Source of the DNA: Ascidiella aspersa
Taxonomy: Eukaryota
Assembly (NCBI GenBank): GCA_963924565.1
Contig: OZ004615.1
Location: 20,522,001 to 20,586,000 of the forward strand
Length of the DNA: 64,000 bases
Reading direction: 5' to 3'
Shown: piece by piece, positions 1 through 13,000 of the stretch
Position numbering within the stretch: position 1 is the stretch's first letter
Layout of the letters: each line of letters opens with the position of its first letter
Program-made: the position numbers and the translations under genes
The notes under the pieces: generated by a model
Seen by the model: the letters and a program-made list of their open reading frames with translations, nothing else
What the model was told of the DNA's origin: nothing
Databases searched by the model: none

Positions 1-3000
1 TTTTGGGTCGAATCGCTTCTCGTGTTCCGCTATCTCTTCTCTAATAACGTCTGCAAGAAGTCATATGTGAAGCCTGTAACAGTTTAACCTCTGTCTAACA
101 AGAAACGTTTTTAAATACATTTTGTTTACTGCATTCCAAAGCCATTGTAGGTCGTTAATACTTCAAAAAAGAAATTGGAGACAAATTCATTTTGAACCGT
201 ACTACAAATATAATTTCTCTTTATTTCGAAAGTTAAGGAACATCAGGGTGGCTAGGCAAATCAACGGTTGACTTAACTGATAGAAAGTTAGAATAAGTAA
301 AGGCAAAGTATATAGGTAATGGTTGTAGCTGTTTCTTTACATTGGCCGAAAGTGGTGGTGTCGGGGATGTCTGAACGACTCAGATACATAGGTAACCGAC
401 CTTTGGCGTCATTTACGGCATACGTTTATAATCGACAACCATCTACTGCAGCGGTTCTTAAAGTGGGCGACCGCCCCTTTTGGGCGAAAGAGATATAAAT
501 GAGGGATAAAACCTTGACCGGGGTGATAGGGGTGTGTGTGTGTGAGGGGGGAGTGCATATAAGTTTGACACTGGTCTATCACTTTGTGTTGGAACTATAT
601 AGAACTGTTAGTTGTAGCTGTTCCGAAATGCATCGAGACAGTTAAGGAACTACTTAACTATACTATATAGAAAGAGTGGGCAACTTACGGCTCGCGGGCC
701 AGATCCGGCCCGCCAACGCAAATCATCCGACCCGCGATCTATTTTACAAACTGGGCACGAGTCCTTTGTTCATATTTTTTGGCTATTTTAACCACGAAAA
801 AGCAAATATATTTTTGCGCTTTGTTAATCTTGTTCCTCCATCGGGTGTAAATTGAAAAATACCATAGTTTTATTGCTGGTGTTATAACAAGATGCGTAAC
901 TCTACACAGTTAACATCTGACAGCCCGCGGAGACCTTTTTAAGATTGGTTTTGGCCCGCGAATAGAAAATGTTGCCCCCCTGCTATATAGCATAAAAGGA
1001 TTTTTCGTTTTGCTTACCCATGATATAGCTCATCCTCTTGTTAGATAGGGATAACGCGCCGGAAAAAGGTGGGACGTTTGACAGGAAGCTAAACACGTTG
1101 ATCATGGCAAGTTTGTTTCCGTAAGCGGGATCTGAAAGCCTAAAGAAAGCAATTCCATGTATCAATATTAGGTTAATTACACGTGCTGATGGAACGTTAA
1201 ATTAGGCAGTGGATAATAATAACATGCAGACTATTTAATGTTTAACATTATTTTTGTTTAATAGCATGTCGAGTGAATTACGGTAGATTTATTTAGTCGT
1301 TCACCAGTACGGAACTTATTGCTTCTGTAGGCCTAATGATCTCAATAGAAAATGCTAAGATGAAACTGACGGCAAAAATGAGAACTTATGTAATTTGTAG
1401 TAAATGTTTGTTTACTTACACATTATACACGGCGTCTATAAGTTTGTTGAAGCTTTCGTCGCCATACTCGAATCTCCTTCCAAAAGCCGTTTGTGCCACT
1501 ATGTTCGCAGTTACACAATTGAGCGATTTCTAAAAAAATAGTTTTGGAAAAAATGTCAATTACTCATTAAACTGATGCCTTGACCCTGCATAAATATGTG
1601 TGATCAATAATTCAAAATTTCAAACTAATATTTATCTAGCGCCTATACCTTGAAGTCGATAGCTTCCCCGTTTGCACTTAGATCCTTAAGGTACGAAACA
1701 AATGTATCTCCTTCGTGGTTTACCAACGACTCCATTCTGGATTTGCCGAGCGTTTGTCTTAAGTAAAAATAAGAGAGCAATCAGCTGTTGAAATTCTAGT
1801 ACACCGAAAGGCCATCGCAGACTCACCGAATCTGTCCATCAATGATGCAAGCAAATCAGGCTAGAAAAACAACTGCAGTGAGATTCGAACTCACGACCTT
1901 CGACAATACCGGAATCGTCGCTCTACAAACGGAGCTACATAGGCTTAAAGGGGATCCATTTAAGAAACAATCATAGGCCAATGCTTGCTACATTCTGTTA
2001 GCACACGGAACTTCACATTGAAGGGGATCTACAGTACCATACCATAGCCAGTACCATACTATACCACACACACACACACATATATGTGTTCAACAATAGT
2101 AATTTAGCCCTTTCTAAAACTGTCTTCTAAATATTGACCAGCGATTACGGCTTACCTAAAGTTGGAATTATTTGTGTTTTTCTATGGTACGATTGTGTTT
2201 CGATATGGAGAAAATGAATTATATGTTTCAGTACGGTACGTTAATCTGTTAATGCAATGAGTTCCGCGATACAGTATGAAAGTGTCTTCACAGATAAGTC
2301 TAACCATTACCCAATGTATCAGATGCATAACAACGTTATGCGGCTTACAAAAATTATTTAAAACATAAGAGAATATTTGGTGTTGCGGTGATGTCGTCGA
2401 AGTGTTGAGCCTTCGAAGTTTTGAGACTTTAAACCTTTACTTACTCTTTGATAAATTTTAAGGCGAACGCCTTGTGTGCCTTGTACGCTTCGCCATATCG
2501 CTTGAAAATGATTCCGTCGTGTTTCGTCAGTGTGCAAAAGAGTGCGATCCAAGGACGGTCAGAAAACGTGGAGCCTTGCTTGACGAAAGCCTGAATAAGC
2601 AAATCGTATAAACCTGCTTATTTTGCAACGTAATTTTTTGTTAAGATCAACATGCAGTGCCCTAAAGTCCCAAACCTTCTCAAGTGGTTCGGACATAACT
2701 CGACTGATAAAAAATCGACTGGGTTATAAGATTACAGAATGCTTTAAAACAACTATCACCGGATTGAAAAGGAAGGAGAGAGTATGAACATTCGATTAAA
2801 AGCAAATGGTTGTACAGTCCTACATCATAAAAATTGTAGTTTTCAAGTTCTTATAGTTTAACTCTAACACATAGTTTTTGGCATCTGTATAACTTACCCT
2901 CTGCATATAATAGCTGGTCGTGCGAGGTTAAATGCTACCCAACTTTACATTAATAAAAAGCTAAGGAATAGTTTTGTTACAAATGCATTTTGCCAAAAAA

Positions 3001-3662
3001 GATAGATATCATAAATATGCCTGACAAGTTTTGGCTAATAAACATCACGCATACCACTTAAAGCAGGGGTTCTTAAACTTTTTTCATCGTGGACCCATAC
3101 AATTTTTTTTGGCCTCGAGTTGACCACATTAGGCAAAAAACTCAAAAATCATAAATTTACGTCACAATACAAATAGCTTTATAGTTCTACTAATTTTGGT
3201 CCACAAATGTGTAATGTAGTCTTACTGCATTCAGTGCAAAACCGTTTTATTTTTATTTAAACTGTTTTCTTTGATAAATTTATTACTTCCCCCAAGGGGT
3301 CCATGGACCCCAGTTTAGGGAAACCCTGGCTTAAGGCATAACTTAAAGTAAAAGATTTAGCTTCTCACGTTGTTGATGGCGTCGAACGTGTTAAGAATGA
3401 CCATATCGGTGAAACCCAACCGAACCGACATCACAGGACCGTACTGCGATAGGCTCCACTTCTTGAAATCTTTGTGCGGATAGTTGGACATCAGGGGTGC
3501 GATCCCGAAAACGGGAAGTCCCCTTGGGCCTGGAGGGAACCGCGGGTGGGGCCTGCGGCGCCAAATCAGGAACAGGAGCCCGGCGAAAACGCACAGCCAC
3601 GTCCAAAAGTTTATCACAGATATTTGACTGGCCACGTATTGCACTATTCCCCAGGTTACCAT
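1..3662 (-). CDS. Cytochrome P450, CYP2-clan-like, 5' part (exons 1-6; gene continues beyond the left edge)
   Basis: GT-AG exons that join in frame: 3662-3369 (N-terminal membrane anchor, PPGPRGLPVFG proline motif, YGPVMSVRLG), 2590-2445 (AFVKQGSTFSDRP), 1757-1649 (LGKSRMESLVNHE), 1529-1420 (TANIVAQTAFGRRFEYGD), 1139-1018, and 50-<1 (DVIREEIAEHEKRFDPK). The heme motif lies outside the window. Confidence 0.92.
671..982. mobile_element. hAT-type MITE (CGGCCCGC-rich family)
   Basis: 8-bp TSD CTATATAG and degenerate TIRs GGGCAAC/GTTGCCC. Confidence 0.7.
1873..1944 (-). mobile_element. tRNA-like head of a probable tRNA-derived SINE (or a tRNA pseudogene)
   Basis: Minus strand has an A-box-like TAGCTCCGTTTGTAG and a T-arm GTGAG-TTCGAAT-CTCAC (B box); the acceptor stem is poor. 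A decayed relative lies near 24378-24465. Confidence 0.6.
3064..3328. mobile_element. hAT-type MITE, CAGGGGTTCTTAAACT family (degenerate copy)
   Basis: TIRs and internal similarity to 7945-8288 and 10492-10797. Confidence 0.75.
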
Positions 3663-6600
3663 GTTCGATCAGTTTTAATACAATACTTTGCTGTTAAAGT
3701 GTTACAACTAAGCTAGGTCTGCCTAATGAGAACTGGACGGCACTGTTAGAAGACAAAAAAAGTTTTGGCGATGATGGCTTTTGGATCAGTTCATCTTAGC
3801 TATACCCACACATTTGGAAAGTTTTACGGTTGTAGTGAATGTGCATCTGCTTTTATCATGTACTTATATAACTAGACTTGGCGCCTACTCAGCAGCTGAA
3901 CACATACAATGCGCGCAAACCAAAATACAGCTTTTGTTTCAGCCAACTTTAATAAAGTCCGTTTGGTTTTCAACCTTGTGACTAAATTTCGGAATAGGCG
4001 GCGTTTTACACGATTTGAAGAAAAATTAAGTTGTCGAACGCGTTTATTGTTATTTGAAACAGTTAATAAGTTTTCTATTGTTCTTTTTTGTGCAAATAAA
4101 CACATTCCGTTTCACGTTTCGAGTAATCTGTTGACACATGACACCTGACAACTCAGAAGACGTGGTAAATCATGTATAAGTTAGCTATTCCGCATAGCAA
4201 ATTTAATCCTAACGCCTGTTAAGCTTATCAACATACCAAGCCAGTGAGTGGTTAACCAACCAGTTTTGTAAGATACCTTCATACAAATTGTTTACCTGCT
4301 GTTTGACATGCCATGCAAGTATAAACGACTATACACACAGGAAGACCACGCAATTCTTTACCGCAAATCCTACGAGTCACTTCCTATACGAAGCCAGGCA
4401 AACACACTTTTAGCATTTACCTTACCTGAAATCGTGCGAAACGTAGTCCTGGTAAAATTTCCGAGAACTCGCCTAAGTCACCACATCAGTCAACCAAAAC
4501 AAACTGCGTGACCTAGGGAAAGCCACGCGTCGGTAAAACAGCTACGGTGTTTTTTCTTTCGACGGTTTACCTGAATTTCCAAATATATATTGCCTGTACT
4601 CCTCTTACATATTAACCAATAAATGTTTCAAACGCTGTGTCAGTAAAAGCTTTTATTTTAAATACTTTTTTGCCATACAGTTTTTATCTAAATGTCTAAA
4701 TACACTTTGGTCATATTTGCTTGCAGGAAAGTATTAATGTTATTTGAATCTGTTTTCAAAAAAAGGTATATTGCCTCTGCACATTTACAGTTAGTTTCTC
4801 TGCTGGGCTCATGCTGGCAAAGAAACTCTAATTGTTAAAACGTAAACGCTCATTATAAGAAAATGATTGTTGTCACGACTGTCACGTACATTTTTGTGGC
4901 GCGTTAGTGGAGCATGTCGTACAGCACCAAAGTGTGAGCTAAAACGAACAATTATGAAATAAAAACAGTTAACACAAATAGCTTTTCAAATAGAAAAGGT
5001 AAAATATATATATATATATATATTGATATTCAGCGTTGCCTTGTGTGGAGTCTTCGACCTGTTATTCAACTATTTGCTCTGCTCAAAATCATTGCACTGG
5101 CTGTCCGGTTGCAACGCAAGATTTTCAGACCTGTTGTTATCGCAGATTTTGCCGACTTATTCCACTTGCTATAAGCATATGCCTTACAACAAATTGACAG
5201 CTCGTTCACCAGAGAAATGTTTATCCTATTGCACTTCCCTTACCTCAATTACAATATCACAGACATTTAATTTTTGAAAAATATTGTTTAAATCCTTTCT
5301 AATAAGAAGAAAGAAAAAATAATAAGACTTTAAAACGCCGACCATTAGGCCGTTCTAATATCTTATACTTGCCATGAACTTACATATTCCCAATTGATTT
5401 AAATACACTGAATTGCAAAACTAATCCTTTAACTTTGCTGGTTAGGTCTGTTGTCGCGTAACATTGCAGCATATGCCGCTCCTTTCCTTCCTACTTCAAC
5501 ACAACAGTGCACGAATTGCGTTTAGGGTAAAACCCACTCATTCACTTTGCACGCTGGTCGGTCGACAAAACAACCCCATTGTTATGAGCGCGTGTACATT
5601 CCGGTACATAAATCCTAAGTCATAATAAATCGAGCAAAGGCAAATCCGGCAAGTCATATTAAAAAAAATAAGCGGTGCGGCTGCGTTGCATTGGGCTGTT
5701 TTTTTCCAAGAGTTTCAAGTGCACGAAGTAACCTAGCTCACTTTCAGAGTTATCAGCTCCCTTGATTTACAACCCTGACATTTTTCTAACTTTCGTAGAT
5801 GTGAAATATATATGAAACACACGAAATAAAATACAACTAAATAAGCGAAACCGATCCAATCCCAGAACATTTAGATCGCCTTTATAGAATTCTACTCAAA
5901 TTCTATTTGAAATGCCACCATCATATGTTACGTTACCAATCGGTTCACCTATCTTCAACCAAGCCCATCAACGTGAAAAAGGCGATTTAAATGTTGCGTT
6001 TTAACCACCTTTAGTCTCCTGCTCTTGTGTAAGCAAACACTTATACTTCACCCTTCACCCCTTTACCAAGCATTGTTCGACTCTATTTGCCTTGGAAAAT
6101 GGATGTGTGTACTTTTCTCAGTTTGTTAAGCTTCGACAAAGCTGTAGCTAATCGACGTGGTGTCTTAACTGTGGTTGTATGGTCTGATAATGCTCTGTAA
6201 CTCGCCTTCTTGTCTTTACAGACTGGATTAATGATGTAATCAATCATTGTTATGCTAAAAGCAACGACGTAATGCTTGTTAGACAATAATTCGTGCATTC
6301 AAACCAGCAAAACGCATGACGTTAACTGCCAGGTTTTTGCCTTGTTGTAAGTTTTTTGAAAACGTTCCCAGGTTTTTTTTTGCAGAATAATTCTCACCGC
6401 TAAAACATGAAAACTGTTAGTACAACGAGTAGTCGCATTCCATTTGTCGCTTCCCGAGTAAAAACCTTCACGGGGCTTACTTCCATGGCTGTGTTTGTAA
6501 ACAAATATTTATACACGTGTCTTAGTCCACTGTCGTCATGACGAACCGACCCACTTTTAATTTGCCAATGACCAAACTGCAAAATTAAAACCGGTGACTA

Positions 6601-7026
6601 ATAAGTAGGAAAAGCAAAATGTTAGCCCATCATTTTACGTAAAAATTGAGGCTCATTCCAAGTTGGGATGAAATTAATTATGGCAAAGTTTAGTTGGGCA
6701 ACTTAGTAGTCTATTGGTCACGAAAAATTTTCCCAACTACTCGGGTCGCTTAAATACTCAATTACCATCATTTGTCGATTGACTTAAAATGATAAAAATT
6801 ATAAATAACAATCTATCTCGGTTTTATTTTTTTCTCCAAAAAACACGAGCTATGGATGCCCAGTAGCTTACAGCCAAATCGGCGGAGCTACGACCATGGT
6901 GGTGGCAAATAGGGCACTATCCATACAGCATATTGGTAATACCCCGCAGTTTACAAATATACCACTGAGCAAAACACCCTATAGTTACTCACTTAACGTT
7001 AAATTGTCTTACTTCTACGCCTATAG

Positions 7027-10000
7027 GTTCGGTCGGAAATCGACGATGGTGGTGTCAGCGGTTTGCACCTTTCTGGCTCTGTTTGGCTGCTGCTTTACGC
7101 ACAACTTATGGCTCTTCGTCACCTGCCGCTTTTCTGTGGCCTTCTTCGGCGCCGGGATCTACCTTGCCAACTTCGTCTACCGTAAGTGCTGTACATATGC
7201 TGTACACTTACTGTACACCTGCTGTACACCTACTGTACATCTAATCAGCCCCTGCTGTACATCTACCAGTGTTGTAATGACTTAAGTCAACTTGACTTAA
7301 AGTCAACTTGACTTAAGTCACTGTTTTTAAATGACTAGACTTAAGTCATTTGGGCAAAATGACTTGACTTGACTTACGTCTTTCGGACAAATGACTTGAC
7401 TTGAAATGAAGTGTTTTCTATAAGTCTTTCTTTTTATAAAACTGAGCTATTTAATCAAATGTTTTGACATAAAACAATTTGCTTCTTATATGTTATATTT
7501 TTCTTATTTTTTAGTTCAGTATTTTCTCATAATCGTACGAGTTTAAAAATTCCAAAATTTTATCGTTTTATTTTTACGACAAGGACGTGACTTGAAGTTG
7601 ACTTGCTCTAATTATGACTTGCACAACTGGTGACTTGGCTAGGACTTGACTTAGACTTAAGTTATTTTACAAATGACTTGACTGGGACTCAAGACGTTTC
7701 AAAATGACGTGTTTATAACACTGACATCTACTAGCCTCATTTGTACACCCACCGGCCTTTTTGCGAAGCGTTTTTCCGTTTCCCAGCGCCGCGCTCTGAC
7801 CTAGATTTTGTCGTAATCACTTAACAACCCAAAACAACTCGCCATTCATTTTACTTCTCCAGTTGTAAAGCCGCTGGCGGTTAAAGTCTTTTACACGTTC
7901 TGTATCGTTACGCGTGCAGCAAACTATTTAGGGAGCGTTTAACACAGGGGTTCTTAAACTGGGGTCCATGGACCCCTTGGGAGTCCGTGAACTAATTTTA
8001 GGGGGTCCATGAAGGCCTAATTAAAGAACTAGTGTACGGTATAATTAAAGTTATTAATTTTTAAAAGAAAACACTTTAATTAAAAATTAAACGTACTTAA
8101 TGTATAGAAATACTCCATTTAACTTTCACATTTTTCGGACCGAAATAACAGAGTCATGAAGTCTATTTGTATTGTGATTTGTGACGTCAATTCATGACGT
8201 CATTTTGGAGCATTTCTTGTCTACCGGGGTCCATGCAAAGCAAAAAAAAATGTAGGGGTCCGCGGTAAAAAAAGTTTAAGAACCCCTGGTTTAACAGCAA
8301 GGAATAATATAACATAAAGGTATCTGACGATTTATTAGGCACATGTGTTAACTGGGAAGCAACTAAAATGTTTTATAAAAAAACAGCGGATTAAGTGCAG
8401 GGATGCGCTTGTTTTACAGGCTTCAGCTGTTTTCGCGAAAGTGCCCGATTTTGGAATCGAAAACAAAGCATATCATAATTTTAATTTTATTTTTTTCACT
8501 GAGGATGTGTTTTATGTAGGTGGTAATAAACCAGCCTAATCTAGATCAAACTTTTTAGCGGTTACTCGCTGTCATTAGCTTTTCAAAAGCCCCAAAGGCA
8601 AATAACGTAAAACAGAACAAAATGACCAATTTACCTTAGTACCTGTCTGAGTGCTTTTTTACCTGCCTAATAAAAGAGTGTAACATAGACCAACTTTTGA
8701 TAACAAGAGTTGCCCTTTCCAACAATAACCAAATATAAGGAGCCATGGGCTGGTTACTGAAAGTACGGTACTAAAAAATTTGTCTTCGCGTTTATGTTTT
8801 CCCCCCCAACTTGGGTTAGGTCTTACTTGAATTCCGCACATTGCTTGTTGTATAGTTTCATGTTCACGTTATGAATCACAATCGACCTAATTTATTCTAC
8901 CTTCTATATGCGACGAAGTGGTGGAGATCACATCTAGCGAATGGCGAACCATGCTGGGAGTGAGCTTTCAAATGGGTTTCGCAATCGGGTACATGGTCTT
9001 GTCAGGATTTGCCTATCAGTGGCACGATTGGCACGAAATGCAGGTTTGTTATGTGTAGTTAATTGGAGGTCAACAGGGCGATGTGAATTTGTTGTATGCT
9101 GAGTTTTGAAAACCAGCAAAATGTGTTTGGGAGATTTGGATCTGATTCTAATACTCACGCTATATCAACGACATTATGTTAGCTAACGTATGACGTCCAA
9201 ATATTTACCTCGTTATGTCACTATAGGCCAGTGTTTCTTAACCTTTTTAGCGCTCGTACCCTTTGAGCTATCATGAAGTTTTCTCGTACCCCCTTGTCCA
9301 CAATAGCCGGCAAAAGTAAATCAAATTGTAATAATAGGAATTAAACTCAATGTATTCATACCTTACGTGTTGCATGCATTAAATACAGACTTGTAAGTTC
9401 AACAATATTCGCAACACACACACACACACACACAAGCAATCAGTCAATTTACTAATGGCGTTATGTTGATGCTTTTAGTAAACTACGCATTTTTCACAAA
9501 TATGCCTAAATAGTGCATAGTTTCGTACCACCAAGGGGTATAATAAACCCCTGATTGAGTACTCCAGCTATAGGCTTTTCTTTTGGACGTAACGTGTTTT
9601 TTGAAACGGTTTGTCAAATTCTTGAGGTTACCCTTCAAAGATATGCCTTTTTCCAAGCATGGTTACAATTTTTGTGGTACATTTTAGGCAATTTATATAC
9701 TAAAGGAAATCTTAGCAATGCTAAATAATTTTCAGGCCGGTAAGTGGTTTGACATCAGTTATTAAGTTATTGTTTCTACAGTCCTAATACCTAAACCTTA
9801 TGCTCGTATATTGGTATTAGATGTCAATAAATACCAATATAACGAATACGATATACCAAATTGCGTGGGTCGAACGAAGTATTTCCATGACGTTACTTAG
9901 TTTGCAATTCTTTCAGGGTACCTTAGTGATTGATTGACTGGGCACATCGTTGATTAAGTCAACGTGCCTTTTCTGAGTCTTTTTTATTTTATATGGATTT

Positions 10001-13000
10001 TTAGTTCGTCATGGCGATGTTCACTCTTCCGTACGCCCTGGCTCTTTTCTTGGTCCCGGAATCGCCTCGGTGGCTCTTCTCAAACGGAAGGAACGAAGAA
10101 GCCAAGAAGGTATTTTGATTAACTTTGGCCGGTTTCAAGCAACCTTTTCTTCCGTTCGTGTAACGCGCAGGGCAAAAATGTGTCTTGCATTTTGTATGCA
10201 ATATTTTTTCGACGACTAGTATTTATGTCTATGTTTGAGTGTTTTCGTGGATGCACCGGAAACGTTCGTGGCCGTGGGCATGATTAATTAAAGTCATAAC
10301 CTGGCTCCACGTTTTTTTTTCGATCTGTTTTCATTGGCCGTTTCTAGATCTATGTGGCTGATCACAGTTACAAATTTGTTTGTTTATAGTTATATAATTA
10401 TCATAGATAACGTGAAAATAGTTTTATGGAACGTTTTCGTTAATTAATTGAGACCATACACCACCTGTTTTTTTTGCGATATGGGTTAAACCAGGGGTTC
10501 TTAAACTTTTTTTACCGCGGACCCCTAAAATTATATTTTGCTTCACGTGGACCCCTGTAGGCAAGAAATGATTGAAATTGACGTCACAATCAAATAGCTT
10601 GTCAGAAATATGCTGATGATTTAAGTAAAAAGGAGTCTAACATTCAGTGGTAAAACGTTTTATTTTTAGTTAAATTCTTTTTTTTAATTTGATTACTTTT
10701 AAACGTACACTAATATTTAAAATTGGCCTTCATGGACCCCCTGAAATTAGTTCACGGACCCCCAAGGGTTTCATGGACCCCAGTTTAAGAACCCCTGGCT
10801 TAAACGTATATACAAACATTTATGTGGAGCAAATTAGAAACCGATTACGCGAGCGCTTTACCAAAGCGTTTCTTCTTAAACTACCGATGGTTTATTGATT
10901 TTTAATAAATAATCTACACAATATAGTTTTAGGAAAATAGAAATATTTTTTTTAAATGATCATCTACCTAAAGTGGCCAGCAGCAATCTGATATCACGCA
11001 GCCCGAAACCGAATGTTAAAGTTGAGTGTCACTTTTTTAATATAACTACTATATTTTATGGATAGCGTAATTCTGTAATGTTTTTTTACACAAATCGCGG
11101 TGGTTTAGTTTTTTACCAAAACGTTAACAACCATTGCATCCCGTTTTAGATAACACGAAGATTTGCAAAGATCAATAAAGTAGAATTGGATGAGAAAACG
11201 ATTTGGGATGAGGCTGAAAAGTCCGGCCTTTTAAAGGAGGTAGAGGGTTAAAAAATGTACCAAATGTTGACGAAAAATTTAATAAATATAAAGCCCCAGT
11301 AGAGTATTACTATATTTAAACCTTTTATGAGAACTTGTAAATATAATGTTCCGCTGAATGGCATATATTTTCAAATACATGACTGAAAAAGCATCTGCAT
11401 ATTTGAGTTATGAAAAATATGGTGAAAACGAACGAAATATTTCGCAATGCATTTTTATCAGATAGAGGAATCCAAGAAAGACACACGAACATACACCACT
11501 TTGGACCTTTTTAGGACTCCACGAACTAGGACGGTAACCTTTCTGGTCATATTTGCCTGGTAGGTTTTTTCGATAATTAGAAACAACCTTTATAAATATT
11601 CTTCGGAATGTTGTTTGGATAAGCGTTTACTTTATGTTTTAGCGCACACTAAAATATCGTATGTCGAACTTTTGTGATTCACACAATTAAATAAAAATTC
11701 ACTTTTCAACAGATTTAAAAAAATTGTCGCTATATCAGCAATACAAGTTATACCACATAACTGGTAGAATTATAGTACTTCAGTTTTATAATTGCACTTT
11801 AACTTTTCGAAATGTAATGTTTCTTTATTTTACGGAATAAAAGCCTAACATTGTACTATTGTTTGAAATTTTTTTTTTCGTCGGTAGCCATGTGTTATGG
11901 AAATGTAATGGATGATCGTCACCATTTACAAATTTTCTTGTATCATGATGAAATCACTTTCAACTGTTTTTTTGGCAATGAGTTATTTTACATTTCAGGC
12001 TCGTCAACGGTCTCGTGTATTACGGAATATCTCTCAACGTTGGATCTTTGGCTGGCGACATCTTTGTCAACAACGTTCTAGGTAAGGCTTTTATAACATT
12101 TAAGACTGTTACTTACACTATTGAACTTAAAACACTCTTTAGACGTTTAGGAACACTCTTTAGACGTCATGTTTAACACAACCACAATTGTACAAAAAAC
12201 TAAGGATTGCAACGCCCGGCAATACGCCCGTAATTCGTGCGGTGGTCGTTTTCATTCAATCTCGATAACACCGAGTGTTTGTTGACTTCAAATATCCTGA
12301 ACTAACCTTTAAGTAAATAGTACTTCTTATGTATATATTTGACACGCAGCCCTTATCGGGAGTTCCAGACGCCGAAAGCGTTTAACGTTTTTTCTTTATT
12401 TTCATCACGGCGCAGGCGGCGTGATGGAGATTGGCGCTTACATCTTCGTGATACTGCTCATGGACAGGATTGGCCGTCGCATGATTCTTGTGATCATGAT
12501 GGGCCTGGCCGGGGTCACGCTCATATGTGCAACCATTGTCAACTTGTATGCCGATGGCGATTCAGGTAATGTTCAACTTAGTTAATAACACTGATTAACT
12601 CTTTCGTGCGAGTGCGAACGTGCGTCAGTGGTTCATATACATTTGGTCTGGTGCACCCAACAGAATCAGAAATAGATGGAGATACGCATGCTAAATTCTT
12701 GCATTACCTTGTTTAAAAATCAATCGACTGCTTACGAGCAACCCAACTTTTTTAAAGTCTTTGGAAATACCTTAATGCATTTTATTTCTATAGTCCTCTG
12801 TTCTGTTTACTGATGCGTTAAAGGTTTCTAAACTTTAACCTGTCTTATGTTGGAGTATTTTAAAAAATATTTGATTTAGTTTTTGAGCAAGTAAACCTTA
12901 TTTTCTCATAATCCGGGGTTGTTAACTACTAAGTCGTTTTCTTCCAACCCATTGTCATCGCTATTGCTGCAATTGTGCCGAGTAAAACAAATTAGGCCCC

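Noticed and set aside
1873-1944. Functional tRNA gene
   Set aside because: Acceptor and anticodon stems pair poorly and a decayed relative exists near 24390, so a SINE head fits better.
6896-7026. ORF start MVVANRA as the true start of SLC22-A
   Set aside because: Read-through of intronic sequence upstream of a conserved acceptor, with no similarity to an SLC22 N-terminus.
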